Assembly (NCBI GenBank): GCA_039680625.1
Contig: JBDKSN010000049.1
Coordinates: 1-51,433 of the forward strand
Direction of reading: 5' to 3'
DNA from: Anaerolineales bacterium
GTDB taxonomy: Bacteria; Chloroflexota; Anaerolineae; UBA1429
Length of the DNA: 51,433 nucleotides
The notes under the pieces are model-generated. The model ran no database searches, had not been told where the DNA came from, and saw nothing but the letters and a program-made list of their open reading frames with translations. The translations under genes and the position numbers were made by a program. Below are positions 35,981 through 45,257 of this stretch, in pieces. Within the stretch, counting starts at the first letter, position 1. Every line of letters starts with the position of its first letter.

Positions 35981-38056
35981 CTAGCTACGTTCTTTCTCGC
36001 GCTCGGCACGTGCCGCGGCGTCGGCCTTGATCTGCTCGACCAGGTGCGCGGGCACGATGTCATAGCGCACAAACTCCATCTCATACATGCCGCGACCTTG
36101 GGTCATCGAGCGCAAGTCGGTGGCATAGCGCTGGATCTCGGCCAGAGGCACGATGGCCGTGACAATGCCGTTGCCTCGCGCTTGCTCCATGCCCAACACC
36201 TGCGCGCGGCGCGTATTCAGGTCACCGAGGATATCGCCCATGAACTCCTCGGGCACGGTCACGACAATCTTGTAGATCGGTTCGAGGAGCACGGGGCCAG
36301 CCTCGGGGATGGCGTTCTTGAACGAGAGCTGCGCGGCCAGTTTGAAGGCCAGTTCCGACGAGTCTACCGGGTGGAACGAGCCATCGTAGATGACGCAGCG
36401 TACATCGACCGTGGGATAGCCTGCAATGACGCCATTGGCCAGAGCCTCGATGATGCCCTTCTCGACGGCGGGGATATAGTTCTTGGGCACCGCGCCGCCA
36501 AAGACCTCACTGGCGAACTGGAAACCCGCGCCACGTTCGAGCGGCTCAAACCGGCAATATACATCGCCAAACTGACCACGGCCGCCCGTCTGCTTCTTGT
36601 GGCGACCCTGAGCCGAGGCGGTCTTGGTGATCGTCTCGAGATAGGCGATCTTGGGAAGCGCCGTTTCGACATTGACGCCGAACTTTTGCGCCAAACGGCG
36701 CGTGGCGATCTGAATGTGCGATTCGCCCATGCCCGAGAGGATCGTCTCACCGGTGGCGGCATTGCGCTCGACCACGAGGGTGGGGTCTTCCTCGACCAGG
36801 CGTTGCAGGCTGGATCCCAGCCTGTCTAGGTCGGCCTTGGAGCTGGGGAAGACGGCCACAGAGTAAAGCGGCTTGGGATATTGCACCGGCGGCACGATGT
36901 AGGCCGCACCGCGATCGCAGAGGGTGTCGTTGGTCGCGGTGACGGTGAGTTTGGTGACTACGCCCAAGTCTCCAGCCTTGACCGCCGCGACTGGCTCCTG
37001 CTCTTTGCCGCGCACCTGGAAGAGCTGACCGATGCGCTCTTCTTGGCCCTTGGACACATTCATGACGCGCGAGTCAGAGCTCAACGTACCACTGTACACG
37101 CGGAAGTAGGTCAAGCGGCCCACAAAGGGGTCAGCCAAAGTCTTGAAGGCCTGCACCACCAGCGGGCCTGCGGGGTTGGGCTCGAGCTCAACCTCAGTTT
37201 GGTCCGCAACGCGGATGACCTTGCGGGGGCCAGGAGCCGGCAAGAAGCTTGCCATGCCGTCGAGCAGTTGGCGCACGCCGATGCACTTGGTGGCCGAGCC
37301 CGCAAAGACCAACGTCAGCTCGCCCCGCTGGACGCCGGTACGCAGCGCGTTGCAGATCTCCTCATTAGAAAGGTCTTCGCCATCGAGATAGCGCATCATC
37401 AGCTCATCGTCGACTTCGGCGGCATACTCGGTCAGAGCGGTGCGCGCCTCGTCCGCAGCCTCGCGCATCTCGGCGGGGATCTCGGCCTCGGTGGCCTTAT
37501 CGCCCAGGTAAGCTTTCATCTGGATCAGGTCGACCACGCCCGTGAAGCTCGCCTGCGCGCCGATCGGCAAAACCACCGGCACTAGTGTAGCCTCGAACTT
37601 GGTCTGGAGGCTGCTCATGGCCCGCTCGAAGGATGCATTGTCGCGGTCCATCTTGTTGATGAAAACGATCCGCGGCCGAGATCCCTCGTTGAGAAAAGAC
37701 CAATGCAGCTCTGCACCAACCTCGACACCCGAGGCGCCGCAGATGACGAGCACGCCGCTATCGGTCACGCTGATAGCGGATTTCACTTCGCCGACAAAGT
37801 CGGTGTAGCCAGGCGCGTCGAGCACGTTGAGCTTGCGGCCTTGCCACTCCATCGGCAACACAGCGGTGTTGACCGAAAAGCCGCGAGCCTGTTCTTCATC
37901 GTCAAAGTCAGAAACGGTGTTCTTTTCCTCGATACGGCCGAGGCGTGTCGTCGCGCCAGCGCTAAAGAGCATCGCCTCCACGAGCGAGGTTTTGCCAGAG
38001 CTGCCGTGCCCTAGCAAGGCAATGTTCCTGATGTCGCTCGTATTGTATTCCTTCAT
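35981..38056 (-). CDS. elongation factor G paralog (EF-G2-like)
   Basis: IRNIALLGHGSSGKTSLVEAML (G1), DAPGYTDF (G3) and NKMD (G4), with full domains II-V. Start at the ATG at 38056 (GGAGGG upstream). The 803-aa track ORF is an upstream extension. Confidence 0.9.
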   Translation of the reverse strand: MKEYNTSDIRNIALLGHGSSGKTSLVEAMLFSAGATTRLGRIEEKNTVSDFDDEEQARGFSVNTAVLPMEWQGRKLNVLDAPGYTDFVGEVKSAISVTDSGVLVICGASGVEVGAELHWSFLNEGSRPRIVFINKMDRDNASFERAMSSLQTKFEATLVPVVLPIGAQASFTGVVDLIQMKAYLGDKATEAEIPAEMREAADEARTALTEYAAEVDDELMMRYLDGEDLSNEEICNALRTGVQRGELTLVFAGSATKCIGVRQLLDGMASFLPAPGPRKVIRVADQTEVELEPNPAGPLVVQAFKTLADPFVGRLTYFRVYSGTLSSDSRVMNVSKGQEERIGQLFQVRGKEQEPVAAVKAGDLGVVTKLTVTATNDTLCDRGAAYIVPPVQYPKPLYSVAVFPSSKADLDRLGSSLQRLVEEDPTLVVERNAATGETILSGMGESHIQIATRRLAQKFGVNVETALPKIAYLETITKTASAQGRHKKQTGGRGQFGDVYCRFEPLERGAGFQFASEVFGGAVPKNYIPAVEKGIIEALANGVIAGYPTVDVRCVIYDGSFHPVDSSELAFKLAAQLSFKNAIPEAGPVLLEPIYKIVVTVPEEFMGDILGDLNTRRAQVLGMEQARGNGIVTAIVPLAEIQRYATDLRSMTQGRGMYEMEFVRYDIVPAHLVEQIKADAAARAEREKERS

Positions 38057-38266
38057 AAGCACCGAATCCCTCCTCGGCAGCGCCATTGTGCATGCTTTTT
38101 CAGTATACCACGCCAAGATGACATTACCAATCTGAGTCGAGTAGGGGCTAGGCAGAGCGTCAGCGTAGGTCAGTTCCCTGTCGACAGAGCAGGCGGTACG
38201 AGCGACAGTATGCCCTGCCGCGGCATCTTTTCTGCAACGGGAAGCGATGGCCGAGGCTAAGACGGG

Positions 38267-38295
38267 TTGGCGGTCGTTGACCAGGGCGCTATAAT
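38267..38295 (+). promoter_or_regulatory. candidate uvrC promoter
   Basis: TTGGCG (38267-38272), a 17-nt spacer, then TATAAT (38290-38295). Confidence 0.3.
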
Positions 38296-38342
38296 AGGCT
38301 ATTGGAGATAACGCTGACGAAGCGACATGGCGAAGTAGGGCA

Positions 38343-40196
38343 ATGACCAACGACGAACACTTGCGCGCCAAGCTGGCGGGCCTGCCAGACAAGCCCGGCG
38401 TCTACCTGATGCATGACGCCAATGGCAAGGTGATCTATGTGGGCAAGGCGATTGTCTTGCGCAATCGCGTGCGTTCTTATTTTCACTCGGCGGCCCAGGA
38501 AGTGGATCGTACGCGCCGCCTGGTCGGCGACATTGCCGATCTGGAGTGGATCGTCACGGAATCTGAGCTAGAGGCACTCGTCCTCGAGAACGAGCTGATC
38601 AAGCGCTATCAACCCCGCTATAACGTGCGGCTCAAGGATGACAAGCGCTATCCCTATATCAAAGTGTCGACACAAGAGGATTTTCCGCGTATCTATACCG
38701 TGCGCCGGATGATGCCCGATGGCGCTCGCTACTTTGGCCCTTTCACCTACTCTCATGCCGTCTACCAGACGCTCGATGTGTTGCGGCGCCTCTTTCCCTA
38801 CCGCACGTGCAACCGGGTGATTACCGGCCAAGATCCGCGGCCGTGCCTGTACTATCACATCAAGCGTTGCACAGGACCTTGTATCGGCGCCATCGACCGT
38901 ACGGCGTATCGGGCCAATATCGAGCGCGCGTGCCTGTTCCTCGAAGGTCGACAAGAGCAGATCATCGCGGAGATGGACCAAGAGATGGCGCAGGCGTCCG
39001 CTACGCTCGATTTCGAGCGTGCCGCCATTCTGCGTGACCAGCTGGCGGCTATCCGGCATGTCGTCGAGGGGCAGCGTATTATCTCCGAAGACCTGGATGA
39101 TCACGACCTGGTAGGGTTGGCCCGCGACAATGGTCAGTCCTGCGTTCAGGTGTTCTTTGTACGCGGTGGGAAGCTGATCGGCCGCGAGTATTACGTATTG
39201 CAGGGCGCGGGCGATGAGACCGACAGTGAGGTGCTAACCTCGTTTCTGCAACAGTTCTATGACAATGCGTCGACCGTGCCCCCTGAAGTGTTGGTGCCAA
39301 CCGATCTGGACGACGCAGCCGTCTTGCAGGAATGGTTGCAGAGCAAGCGCGGCGCTCAAGTGCTGATCCAGGTGCCTCGCCAGGGTGCCAGGCAGCAGTT
39401 GTTGGCCATGGCCATGGAGAATGCTGCAGAGACATTGACGCGCCTGCGCGCCGAATGGCAGGCCGACACCAACAAGCACGTACAAGCGCTGGCCGAGCTG
39501 CAAGAGGCGCTCAACCTCCCCGAGCCGCCGAGCCGCATCGAGTGCTATGACATCTCAACCTTGCAGGGGACCTTCAACACAGGCAGCATGGTCGTCTTTG
39601 TCCAGGGGGTGCCATCCAAGCGCGACTATCGCAAGTTCCGCATCAAGACCGTTGAGGGGGCCGACGACTATGCCTCGATGGTCGAGATGATCGAGCGGCG
39701 CTTTAAGCGGATTGCTGAAGAAGATGTCCTCAGCGCAGTGACGGGCAAAGAGAATCGCTGGGCGATTATGCCTGACCTGATCATCCTCGACGGGGGCAAG
39801 GGCCAGCTCAACGCCGTGCGCGCGGCGATGCAGCGGCTGGGTGTCGATCACATCCCCACGGTGGGGTTGGCTAAACAAGAAGAGGAGCTGTTCTTGCCGG
39901 GGCGGTCCGAATCGCTCTTGCTGCCACGAGGGTCACAGGGGCTGTTCCTGATCCAGCGCATCCGTGATGAGGCGCATCGGTTTACCATCAGCTACAACCG
40001 GCAACTGCGCCAGGCGGCCGGCGTCAAATCGATCCTCGACGAGATCCCCGGCATCGGCCCTTCGCGGCGCACGGCGTTGCTCAAGGCCTTCAAGTCTATC
40101 GATGGCATACGCCAGGCCACGCTAGACGAGCTGGCGGCCGTGCCCGGGATGACCCGCGCCTCAGCCGCCGCTGTCTTCGAGTATCTCGCTCGCTAA
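38343..40196 (+). CDS. uvrC: excinuclease ABC subunit C
   Basis: GIY-YIG N-terminus PGVYLMHDANGKVIYVGKA..LRNRVRSYF, a UvrBC-interaction region, and a C-terminal (HhH)2. Confidence 0.95.
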   Translation: MTNDEHLRAKLAGLPDKPGVYLMHDANGKVIYVGKAIVLRNRVRSYFHSAAQEVDRTRRLVGDIADLEWIVTESELEALVLENELIKRYQPRYNVRLKDDKRYPYIKVSTQEDFPRIYTVRRMMPDGARYFGPFTYSHAVYQTLDVLRRLFPYRTCNRVITGQDPRPCLYYHIKRCTGPCIGAIDRTAYRANIERACLFLEGRQEQIIAEMDQEMAQASATLDFERAAILRDQLAAIRHVVEGQRIISEDLDDHDLVGLARDNGQSCVQVFFVRGGKLIGREYYVLQGAGDETDSEVLTSFLQQFYDNASTVPPEVLVPTDLDDAAVLQEWLQSKRGAQVLIQVPRQGARQQLLAMAMENAAETLTRLRAEWQADTNKHVQALAELQEALNLPEPPSRIECYDISTLQGTFNTGSMVVFVQGVPSKRDYRKFRIKTVEGADDYASMVEMIERRFKRIAEEDVLSAVTGKENRWAIMPDLIILDGGKGQLNAVRAAMQRLGVDHIPTVGLAKQEEELFLPGRSESLLLPRGSQGLFLIQRIRDEAHRFTISYNRQLRQAAGVKSILDEIPGIGPSRRTALLKAFKSIDGIRQATLDELAAVPGMTRASAAAVFEYLAR

Positions 40197-40199
40197 GTG

Positions 40200-42611
40200 T
40201 CAGTTCGTGGGTACGAGTTTGACGACGGTGATGCCGTCGCCGCCCTCGGCGAGCTCGCCGTTGCGGAACGACTGCACCAGGGGATGGCCGGCGAGTCGCT
40301 CGCGCACGACCTGCTTGAGCACCCCCGTGCCCTTGCCATGGATGATGTGCACCCAGGGCAAACCGGCGAGGTAAGCGTCGTTGAGGTAGCGATCGGTCAT
40401 CTCTAGGGCTTCTTCGGCGCGTCTGCCTCGCAGGTCTAGCTCCATGCCGGGCGACGCCGTGGCAGTGCGTTGCACGCGCGGCTCGGGAGAGACGACCGGT
40501 GCCTTGCGCCCCTGGAACACCAGCCCTTTGAGCGGCGTGCGCAGCCGAAAGCCCCCCACAGCCACCACCGCCTGATCGCCGCTGATCTGCACGAGTTCGC
40601 CTGTCTGCCCGAGCGAGCTGACGAGCACGCTATCGCCCACGTGCAAGGCGCCATCACCTTTGTCGGCGACGGGCGCGGGCGCCTCGGGGGGCTCCATCGC
40701 CTCCGCCAGGCGATCGATCACCTCCACCACCTCACGGATGGTCTCTTCGGGGGCCGAGCCCAACCGCATGATCCGTCCGCGCAGCTTGGCGATCTCGGCG
40801 CGGAGGATGTCGAGCTCACGCTGCCCCTCGGCGCGCGACTCGGCCAGGGCGTTGCGGCGCGTCTCGTCGGCCTCGGCAAGCTTGGCGCGCAGGTCGGCCT
40901 CCATCTGCCGCACGCGCTCGCGGAGCGCCTGGGCCTCGGATAGTGCGTTCTCGGCGGCATCCTGGGTGTCACGCACGCGCTCGAGCAGCGCATCGTGGGC
41001 CATCGCCTCGGGCGCCATCAAGGCCCGCGCTGCGTTGATGATGTGCTCGGGCAGGCCGAGTTTGGCCGCGATGGCAAAGGCATTGCTGCGCCCAGGCAGG
41101 CCGATCGTCAAGCGATAGGTGGGGGAGAGCGTGTCGACGTCGAACTCGACCGAGGCGTTCTCGACCCCTGGCGTGCCAAAAGCATACACCTTGAGCTGTG
41201 AATAGTGCGTCGAGCACATAGTGAGGCAGCCCTTGGTCAATAGCTCGGCGACGAGCGCTTGAGCGAGCGCCGCACCCTCGACGGGATCGGTGCCCGCACC
41301 GACCTCGTCCAGCAACACCAGCGAACCACGGTCGGCCTTGCTGAGGATGTCGACGATATGGGTCAGATGGGAGGAAAAGGTCGACAGGCTCTGTTCGATG
41401 GACTGTTCGTCACCGATGTCGGCAAAGATGCCGTCGAACACCGGCAACCGCGCGCCCTCGCCCGTGGGGATGTGCAGGCCAGCCTGATTCATGGCGGCCA
41501 ACAGGCCGACCGTCTTGAGCGATACGGTCTTGCCGCCCGTGTTCGGTCCGGTGACCAGGAGGGCGATAAAGTCGCCGCCTAGGTAGACGGTAATGGGCAC
41601 CACGGTTTGAGGATCGAGCAGAGGGTGCCGCGCCTTGGGCAAGTACAGCGGATACACGCTGGGCTGCGGCGATTGTGTCTGCGCATCCGCGGTTTCGGCG
41701 CCTGTCGAAAGCGGCCACACCGAGGGAGACAACTCCGCCGGCCAAGCGCGCAGTTCAGCGCTTAGGCGAGCCTTGGCAAAGGCCAAGTCGAGCACGGCCA
41801 GGGCACTGACGGTCGCGATGATGTCGTGGGCCGATCGGCCGACCTCGAGAGAGAGCTGCTTGAGGATGCGCAGTATTTCCTGTCGCTCGGCGAGCTGTAG
41901 CTCGTGCCACTGGTTATTGAGCTCGACTGTCTGCAGAGGCTCGATGAACAGTGTCTGTCCACTGGCCGACTGGTCATGGACGATGCCCTTGATGCGCCCC
42001 TTGAACTCGACGCGCAAGGGGATGACATAGCGCCCGTTGCGTTCCGTGACGATGGGTTCTTGGAGATACTGGGCATATTGCGCTGAAGTGACCATACTGC
42101 GGAGGCGCTCGAGCAAGCGGTCACGCGCGCTGACCAGCTGCTTGCGGATGTTGCCCAAGGCGGGGCTGGCAGCATCGAGCACCTCGCCATCGTCGCTCAA
42201 GCAACGGGTGATGTCTTCGATGATGGAGCTGAGGGGCTGGATGACATAGGCCTGGTCGGCCAGCTCCGGATAGTCCTGCTCGTGATCGAGGATCTGGTAG
42301 CGCAGACGACGCGCGGCCAGCAATGTGTCGCGTATATCGAGCAGGTCTCGCGGTTCGAGCGTGCCCTCGATGGCGGCGTGCCGAGCCAAGGGGCGCACAT
42401 CGTGCGCTCCACCGATGGTGATATCCGCGCGGCGGGCGAGGAGCTCTTTCGCCTCAGTGGTTTCTTGCAGGCGGCGGCGCACCTCGGGCACCTCTGTGCT
42501 GGGCAGCAAAGCTAGGGCCAACTCGCGCCCTGCCGAGAACGAGGTGTTCTCGGCGAGCCGCGCCACGATCTTGTCGTATTCCAGCCGCGACAGGTACTCT
42601 TGTTCGATCAT
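40200..42611 (-). CDS. mutS2: endonuclease MutS2 (MutS domain + C-terminal Smr)
   Basis: Walker A TGPNTGGKT, DEVGAGTDP, and a C-terminal Smr domain (LDLRGRRAEEAL...IIHGKGTGVL). Start at the ATG at 42611 after AGGAGAGG. Confidence 0.9.
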   Translation of the reverse strand: MIEQEYLSRLEYDKIVARLAENTSFSAGRELALALLPSTEVPEVRRRLQETTEAKELLARRADITIGGAHDVRPLARHAAIEGTLEPRDLLDIRDTLLAARRLRYQILDHEQDYPELADQAYVIQPLSSIIEDITRCLSDDGEVLDAASPALGNIRKQLVSARDRLLERLRSMVTSAQYAQYLQEPIVTERNGRYVIPLRVEFKGRIKGIVHDQSASGQTLFIEPLQTVELNNQWHELQLAERQEILRILKQLSLEVGRSAHDIIATVSALAVLDLAFAKARLSAELRAWPAELSPSVWPLSTGAETADAQTQSPQPSVYPLYLPKARHPLLDPQTVVPITVYLGGDFIALLVTGPNTGGKTVSLKTVGLLAAMNQAGLHIPTGEGARLPVFDGIFADIGDEQSIEQSLSTFSSHLTHIVDILSKADRGSLVLLDEVGAGTDPVEGAALAQALVAELLTKGCLTMCSTHYSQLKVYAFGTPGVENASVEFDVDTLSPTYRLTIGLPGRSNAFAIAAKLGLPEHIINAARALMAPEAMAHDALLERVRDTQDAAENALSEAQALRERVRQMEADLRAKLAEADETRRNALAESRAEGQRELDILRAEIAKLRGRIMRLGSAPEETIREVVEVIDRLAEAMEPPEAPAPVADKGDGALHVGDSVLVSSLGQTGELVQISGDQAVVAVGGFRLRTPLKGLVFQGRKAPVVSPEPRVQRTATASPGMELDLRGRRAEEALEMTDRYLNDAYLAGLPWVHIIHGKGTGVLKQVVRERLAGHPLVQSFRNGELAEGGDGITVVKLVPTN

Positions 42612-42907
42612 TCCTCTCCTGGGCATCACCAAGTGGCGAGTATAGGTCGCCAGCGCGGCCTGTCAACCGGACGTAATCCTGGTATGCTGGTGATGCTCCT
42701 AGGGCCACACCAAGCAGGGTGGTATACTCGGCATCGTGTATCCCACTGCAAGGATGATAGGATGTCATCGCTGATCCGGGTCTCTCATCGTGGTGCGAGG
42801 TGCGCCCTACTACGCCTGACCACCATCTCTGACCGCGTGGTTGGGCGGGCAGCAGACTTGCCGTTGCTCAGGGATGATCTCACGGTCGGGCGCGTGACCC
42901 TGGCGCC

Positions 42908-43738
42908 ATGATCAGGCCACGTAACGCGTCCAAGCCGCCGGTTACGCCGTACAGCCTGGTCCAGCTGCCGGCGCTCACCGACGTGCTCGCAGCGGCCGGC
43001 ATCGAACCGCGCGCCCAGGCACCGCTGCTACGGGCTGGGCGGGTGACGCTGGCTGGCCGCCCTGTGCAGAATCCCCTTCAGCCAGTGGATCTGTCGGTCG
43101 ACAAAGTGCGCGTCGACGGGCTGGCTCTGCCCAAGCTGCCGGTCTGTCGGTATTTGGTGGTATTCAAACCCTACCGCGTGCTCTGTTCGTTCTCCGATCC
43201 CGAGGGGCGCGCTACGCTGGCTGACTATGTGCCTGTGCCTGCGGTCTATGCGGTGGGTCGGCTGGACTATGACAGCGAGGGGCTAGTGCTGCTCACCGAT
43301 GATGGCTGGCTGAATCATCGCCTGGCGCACCCCGCGTATGATCATCCCAAGACCTATCTTGTGCAGGTAGAGCGCGTGCCCGACAGCGAGGCTTTGCGCC
43401 GGCTCGCTCAGGGGGTGCCCGTCAAGGGTGAGCGCACCCTGCCAGCCGAGGTGGTGCTGCTCGACGAGGAACCCGACCTGCCTGAGCGCTCCACGCCGGT
43501 GCGCTACCGCGCCAATGTACCCACCGCGTGGCTGCGTATCGTGCTGCGCGAGGGCAAAAAGCGCCAGGTCAGGCATATGACCGCTGCCGTCGGCCACCCG
43601 ACCTTGCGGCTCGTACGGGTAGCTATTGGGCCACTCACCTTGGGCAGCCTACAGCCAGGGGAATGGCGCGCCTTGACTCGAGAGGAACTCGTGGCGCTGC
43701 GCACGACGATGCGTTCGCGTGACGGCACGCCTCGCTAG
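42908..43738 (+). CDS. rluE: rRNA pseudouridine synthase, RluE/RsuA family
   Basis: GRLDYDSEGLVLLTDDG catalytic-Asp motif. PTAWLRIVLREGKKRQVRHMTAAVGHPTLRLVR closely resembles E. coli RluE as I remember it. The N-terminal ~70 aa and the exact start are uncertain. Confidence 0.75.
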   Translation: MIRPRNASKPPVTPYSLVQLPALTDVLAAAGIEPRAQAPLLRAGRVTLAGRPVQNPLQPVDLSVDKVRVDGLALPKLPVCRYLVVFKPYRVLCSFSDPEGRATLADYVPVPAVYAVGRLDYDSEGLVLLTDDGWLNHRLAHPAYDHPKTYLVQVERVPDSEALRRLAQGVPVKGERTLPAEVVLLDEEPDLPERSTPVRYRANVPTAWLRIVLREGKKRQVRHMTAAVGHPTLRLVRVAIGPLTLGSLQPGEWRALTREELVALRTTMRSRDGTPR

Positions 43739-43893
43739 CGCCGACGGCTCGCCCACTGGTCGAAATAGTTCATCACTAGCAGCGCGATGAACAGCGCGAT
43801 CACCCAATCCCACTGTTGTGCCAGGGCGAGAAAGGCCACTACGAGCAGAACGAGGACGTCGAGCCAAAAGAGCAGTCGTGTGCCATCGTGCAT
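43735..43893 (-). CDS. small (52 aa) two-helix membrane protein, hypothetical
   Basis: MHDGTRLLFWLDVLVLLVVAFLALAQQWDWVIALFIALLVMNYFDQWASRRR has two hydrophobic helices and a basic tail. A TATAAT lies 9 nt upstream of the ATG, so the transcript may be leaderless. Confidence 0.4.
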   Translation of the reverse strand: MHDGTRLLFWLDVLVLLVVAFLALAQQWDWVIALFIALLVMNYFDQWASRRR

Positions 43894-43907
43894 AATGGGC
43901 CCATTAT
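43892..43907. repeat. 16-bp perfect palindrome ATAATGGGCCCATTAT
   Basis: The reverse complement is identical. It spans the first two bases of the start codon of the small ORF and most of its TATAAT box. Confidence 0.9.
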
Positions 43908-44269
43908 AGCATGGAGCTTGTCTGGGTCGGCGATGTTCAGCATCGGTCGGGCAAGCGAGCACGATGGGGATGCCTAGACCGGTAGCGTGGGAAGCATGAG
44001 TCAGGCTGTGTCTCCTAGTGGCGGTTACGACTCAATTGGCTGGTCATAGCCACTCAACATAAGGTCAACTGGCACTGCGCAACCCCGACGTAGCCAAGAC
44101 TGCGCGCATTGGCTCACTTGGGCGTCGACTCATAGCGAGGCAGCTTCTGGTGTGCCGTGGTGCCTAGCACTGCCGTGGGTTAGGGCCCTGTCTCACTCCC
44201 GCGAATTAGCTGAACTTCAAGGCACCCATAGCCTTTTGAGACACCTATTGCGGAGTGCGACAAATCACT

Positions 44270-44297
44270 TTGACCTAAACGGAGGGTCGGGTAGACT
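44270..44297 (+). promoter_or_regulatory. candidate promoter of the methyltransferase gene
   Basis: TTGACC (44270-44275), a 16-nt spacer, then TAGACT (44292-44297). AGGGGG lies 5 nt before the ATG at 44334. Confidence 0.3.
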
Positions 44298-44333
44298 CGA
44301 ACGAAAGAGATAGGCGATAGACTTAGGGGGTAT

Positions 44334-45257
44334 ATGCACTACGTTCGTTGCCCGCTTTGCTCTGGGGATCAGGCTGCGCCGGTCTTTGACGAGGCACCCT
44401 CGAACTCCTCAGGCTATGTGCGCTGTGGCGTGTGTGGCCTAGCCTATCTGAATCCACAGCCAGAGCCCAATGAGTTGGAGGTTCACTATTCGGCGGACTA
44501 TCTGCCTTTTCAGCAAGTCTTGGATCGGCAGGGCCGGGCGAGACGTTTGTTGGTCCACTATGGCCTCTGGCAGCGTGCGCGTCTGATCGATCGGTACAAG
44601 CATGGGGGGGAGCTGCTCGAGATCGGGTGTGCAGACGGGACCTTTCTGCACTATCTAGAGTCAAGGGGCAATTGGCGGGTGCAAGGGCTAGAAGTCAGTG
44701 ATGTAGCCGTGCGGGCTGCCCGTGAGCGCTATGGCTTGAAGCTGATCCATGAGTCTGTAGAGGCTGCGGTCTTGCCCGATGCTCACTATGATGTGGTGGC
44801 TATGTGGGATGTGCTGGAGCACTTGCCGAACCCCAGAGTCGCGTTGGCTGCCATTCATCGGATCATGAAGCCAGATGGCGTACTAATCATCCGCATGCCT
44901 CTGGAAGACGGGTGGGACGCGCGCCTATTCGGTCGCTACTGGGCGGGTTGGAGCGCCCCCTATCATCTAGCAGTATACTCAGCAGATAGGCTCGAGCGCT
45001 TGCTGGCGGGTGCCGGGTTCAGCTTGGTACAGGCTAGAGGCATGCAGAGTGCCCTTTCCTGTCTCATCCCCAGCATACGTCAGTGGGCGGAGGCTTCTGT
45101 TGGAAGGATGGCCAAGCATATCGTCTTGGCTTTGGCAGGCTCGGCTTTGCTGCAAGCGCTGTTCGCGCCTCTGAGTTGGCTGATTGGAGCTGTATGGCCG
45201 GTCTCTTGCCGGCTAGTGGTAGCTTGTCCTGTTACAAGGCTCGACTCGGGCGAGTAA
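44334..45257 (+). CDS. class I SAM-dependent methyltransferase with an N-terminal zinc-ribbon-like CxxC...CxxC
   Basis: CPLCSG...CGVCGLAYLNP is followed by SAM motif I LLEIGCADGTF and VVAMWDVLEH. The C-terminal tail is hydrophobic. Confidence 0.75.
   Translation: MHYVRCPLCSGDQAAPVFDEAPSNSSGYVRCGVCGLAYLNPQPEPNELEVHYSADYLPFQQVLDRQGRARRLLVHYGLWQRARLIDRYKHGGELLEIGCADGTFLHYLESRGNWRVQGLEVSDVAVRAARERYGLKLIHESVEAAVLPDAHYDVVAMWDVLEHLPNPRVALAAIHRIMKPDGVLIIRMPLEDGWDARLFGRYWAGWSAPYHLAVYSADRLERLLAGAGFSLVQARGMQSALSCLIPSIRQWAEASVGRMAKHIVLALAGSALLQALFAPLSWLIGAVWPVSCRLVVACPVTRLDSGE

Noticed and set aside
38275-38295. TTGACC followed by TATAAT upstream of uvrC, considered as a promoter pair.
   Set aside because: The spacer is only 7 nt. 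The alternative -35 TTGGCG, at 17-nt spacing, was used instead, with low confidence.
38057-38392. N-terminal extensions in the ORF track. The cases are EF-G at 803 aa, the second EcfA at 395 aa (31948-33135), S8 at 607 aa (to 30404), MazG at 546 aa (to 35021), and the UroD-like TTG start at 6481.
   Set aside because: Family-typical N-termini with good RBSs occur at internal starts. The extensions would overlap neighbouring genes or promoter boxes; for example, the TTG at 6481 is the -35 of a TTGACA, 17 nt, TATAAC promoter.
42762-42911. A 49-aa ORF (MSSLIRVSHRG...) whose stop overlaps the rluE-like start (ATGA).
   Set aside because: It has no convincing RBS and an Arg/Leu-rich composition typical of random high-GC frames. 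It could equally be part of the promoter or leader. I kept it only as a note.
43963-44333. A search for a tRNA, SRP RNA, 6S RNA or tmRNA in the largest non-coding gap. The gaps at 42633-42907, 47666-47910 and 38057-38342 were searched in the same way.
   Set aside because: I could not recognise a cloverleaf, a conserved SRP/tmRNA motif or an extended helix by eye. The region is reported only as an unexplained gap.
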